Shown here: in pieces, positions 61,137-64,000 of the stretch
How positions within the stretch are numbered: the first letter of the stretch is position 1
How the letters are laid out: the number at the start of each line of letters is the position of its first letter
Assembly: GCA_048772705.1 (NCBI GenBank)
Contig: JBLWGC010000115.1
Location: forward strand, 63,728-127,727
Source: Leidyana gryllorum EB-2025a
Lineage: Eukaryota; Protista; Apicomplexa
Direction: 5' to 3'
DNA: 64,000 nucleotides
Translations under genes and position numbers: made by a program
The notes under the pieces: model-generated
Databases searched by the model: none
Told to the model about the DNA's origin: nothing
Seen by the model: the letters and a program-made list of their open reading frames with translations, nothing else

Positions 61137-63189
61137 TCACTGCGCCTTGCGAGCTGCACAAGGCTTGCACTCATCAGCGGCTGGAGGTTCCGGGGTAGTC
61201 TCATCCTGCTTTTGAGTATGCAAGACTCGCGCCGTCCGAGCCACCTTGCCCTTGATCTTATAATTCTTTTGGCCGTCAACGCTATACGCGATGAAGTCCC
61301 CCAACACGGCTCCTTCATGGTCGTCAATTTTGCCGGTAAGGGTGTACGTAGTCTTCTCGCCCGGGTTCAAGCGGCGCAACTGGAAACGCAAGTCATCCCA
61401 CCTGCTTCCATCTGCGGGCTTGAGGTTCTGGGGGCGGAGTAGTTTAATGGCCGTCACTGGGTCGGGAACTCCTCCCCACAGAGTATTCGGTCGTGACATT
61501 GAAGCGACAGGAATAACTGCTTCACGCAAAACTCTTGCCATATCGTACGAATCCAGATAGGGGTTCACATTGAGTAGGAGAGCGCCTACTCCTGCCATGT
61601 AGGGGGTGGCCATAGAAGTGCCGGACTTGTCCACATACAGTGAGCGTTCGACTTTAGGGGCGCCGGTCGACCAGATAGAAGTTCCAGGAGCCCCCATTTC
61701 GACACACGTCTCTCCGTAGTTCGAATCGTATTGCATGTTTAGGTTGGATCTCATGTTGGCGACACTCAGGATGTTCGGGTAGTCCCAGCACGCATCGTAA
61801 ACCCACAGTTTCCTATTAACGGGTCCCAAACTTGAGCCGTTGTTCATGGCCGCAAAGAAGAGAGGAACTCGGTTGCGCAGAAGGCCCTCGAAAGCAGCTT
61901 TCTTTCCAATCCAGATCTCGCGACCAGGCGACTCATCGATCACCCCATACCTTTCATCACACAAATTTGCTCATTTGGTCATCTCATACACTTACGAATT
62001 GGCCGTAATATGGGCGCCGATCGACAAAGCCCAGTCCGAACACTCGGCAGTAGCGGCCTGAGTGTTCTCCAGATTGGGTCCGTAACGTCTGCAGATTGCC
62101 AATCGCACATTTGGACCTGCTACACCAGCCACACCAATGCCGTTGTTGGGCACGGCGCCGATGATGCCCGCGCAGTGCGTTCCGTGGCCGTCGAAATCAT
62201 CAGGAATCAGTCCCGTTCTGGCCTGTGTGGTCCAGCCATAAATATCGTCAATGTACCCATTTCCATCGTCATCAACACCAGGTCTCCCGTTCAACTCTGC
62301 CTCATTCACCCAGTAGTTCGCCTTCAGATCGGGGTGGTCCATATACGAGCCACTGTCAATGACTGCAACCACGGGCTTGAAATTCTCGGGCCAACCGCCA
62401 ATCTCTGCCCATGCCCCGGTGATGTTACTGTGAGAGAGGTGTGTGTGTGTACGTGGTCACTCTAAGCTCGACTTACCCCCAGGTCATCGCCCATTGGCGA
62501 CGATACTCAGGGTCATTGGGAGCCTGGATTCCCATTGAGCGAGAAGCCATCGCGGTAATCTCCGGATTGACTTCGGCAACTTCCAAGTGTTCAGGGGGCA
62601 GAGTCTCATCCTGAGCCACATCGATGATATGGAAATGTTGGCCAATAAACTTGACGTCATTAGTGATATCTTCTTGAGTACATTCGGTCACTGATTCGTC
62701 GTACATCAGTTCCACCAATCCGATGTGCCTCATCACGTGCACTCTCGGGAAGCATTTCGATCCAGCGCGCCAAGAAACATACTCGCAATCGCCTCCATGG
62801 GTTTCAAGGCAATTCTTCAGTTTTTCCGCCTTCGCTTTGATTGACTGATCTTCTGGATCAATCACGACGGTCACAGTTCGAGGACCGTTTCCCGTCATTA
62901 CAGCGCTGGCACTCGCCTCCACCTTCTCTCCAATGACGTGTTCGTCCGCTATCGTGCGGGACGATCCCGAGGAACGACTGGCACGGGCCGCCGCTACCGC
63001 GTCGCCAGGGAGAGTTTTGTTGAAGTTAAGCGCTACATCGATAGTTTCATTGCCATCATTGACCACAACAATTTCGACAGAAGCTTCCAGAGTGTCAGGA
63101 TCAACGTGAACTTGCACAGTTTCGCCCTCAATACGTAGGCCGTGAGTTACAGCAACGACTGAAAAAAGAGGCAACAAAGACAACCTCAT
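61137..63189 (-). CDS. Secreted subtilisin-like serine protease (S8A), introns ~62429-62476 and ~61951-61994
   Basis: Signal peptide MRLSLLPLFSVVAVTHG and prodomain. Catalytic triad motifs VAVIDSG, HGTHCAG, GTSMATP. Ca-binding loop NGRPGVDDDGNGYIDDIYGW. Confidence 0.93.
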
Positions 63190-63334
63190 TGTCGTTTCTA
63201 TGACTTTTGCCACAATCTTTCAACCGGCTATCGCACACGTCTCCTGCTGTCCCCTCAAGTCCCAGGCAGGCAGTGACTCAAGACCGCAAAGGATCTACGA
63301 GAATACGTGTCTAAGATCTGGTGGTCTATGGCAG

Positions 63335-63859
63335 TCACTCGTCATCGTGTACAATCTCGTCGAACTCGATGCTTTCAATACCAAGCGTGCTTTTCAGATA
63401 GTCAATGTCCTCTTCGATCTCCCACGACTTGCAGAATTCGATAGATTGGGAGTAATCTAAAACTGCTAGTCGCACATGGGCCAGTATGCGTAGTTCCGGA
63501 ATACAACGAGAGTCCAGATGCCTGACGGAGAACTGACAGCCGGTAGAGTGTGTTTTCAAGCACTTGATCACACAATCTTTCTGCTCAAGTAGCAACGGCG
63601 TGGAAGCAGTGAGTACCATAATCAGTCTATGAGGGATTGAAGGTTCTGTGCTCAGTACAGCCTTTGCCACCTCGGGAAGGTCATCAGGATGGAGATGAAA
63701 GTTGGTGGCCAACGTTGTGAGTGCGGTGGGCCTGGGAGGTGCTGTTGGTGTCTCCACGCTGGTACCCTCCTCCAGGAGGATGGGGGCAGCTCCGATGTGT
63801 GGCCCGATATGGGCTGCCAAGGCACTAGCCACGCTCAACTGTAGTAGGCTAAGCCACAT
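63335..63859 (-). CDS. Secreted stand-alone subtilisin-prodomain-like protein (putative protease inhibitor/chaperone)
   Basis: Signal peptide. The C-terminal ~90 aa align with the prodomain of the adjacent subtilisin, with four Cys conserved. Confidence 0.75.
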   Translation of the reverse strand: MWLSLLQLSVASALAAHIGPHIGAAPILLEEGTSVETPTAPPRPTALTTLATNFHLHPDDLPEVAKAVLSTEPSIPHRLIMVLTASTPLLLEQKDCVIKCLKTHSTGCQFSVRHLDSRCIPELRILAHVRLAVLDYSQSIEFCKSWEIEEDIDYLKSTLGIESIEFDEIVHDDE

Positions 63860-64000
63860 GCCAAAATACGAGGACCAGAACTACTGCTCCAGGGGCTGTG
63901 CATGCCGTGTGTGCTGTAACCACCACACACTGGGATGTCTTTACTTAAGGTTCGATGGACGAAGAAGTCTAGGCGCGGGTGTAAATCATAGACGCAGGGC

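Overview
Eukaryotic nuclear DNA from a very compact genome. It has about 30 protein genes, GT-AG introns mostly of 40-55 nt, and intergenic gaps often under 60 bp. The gene content suggests an apicomplexan, probably gregarine-like (inference only): a CBM20-fused trehalose-phosphate synthase/phosphatase, secreted integrin-beta-type vWA proteins, a SUB-type subtilisin and a TGCATGCA motif. Housekeeping genes include midasin (running off the left edge), RRP4, RRP40, ARP6, a proteasome alpha subunit, DDX3/Ded1, CGI121, CTR9, MetAP1, SmF, RMD1-like, MOK, GCN5, CNNM, TPS/TPP and a UBE3C-like HECT ligase. Most notable observations: (1) a ~1.05 kb heavily base-paired, ORF-less + strand segment (15.9-16.95 kb) that looks like an unannotated long ncRNA; (2) a subtilisin next to a stand-alone secreted copy of its own prodomain, with the protease apparently inserted into a split Ig-like domain; (3) an intronic C/D snoRNA with 14-nt antisense to the 18S rRNA 3' end; (4) an intronless bacterial-type ArsC/Spx-family gene; (5) co-directional genes only 4-19 bp apart and convergent genes whose CDSs overlap; (6) a tandem integrin-beta-like vWA pair with a shared Cys-rich C-terminal motif; (7) a probable MYG1 pseudoenzyme and a midasin lacking its N-terminal domain. 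All family assignments come from motif recognition by eye; no searches were run.
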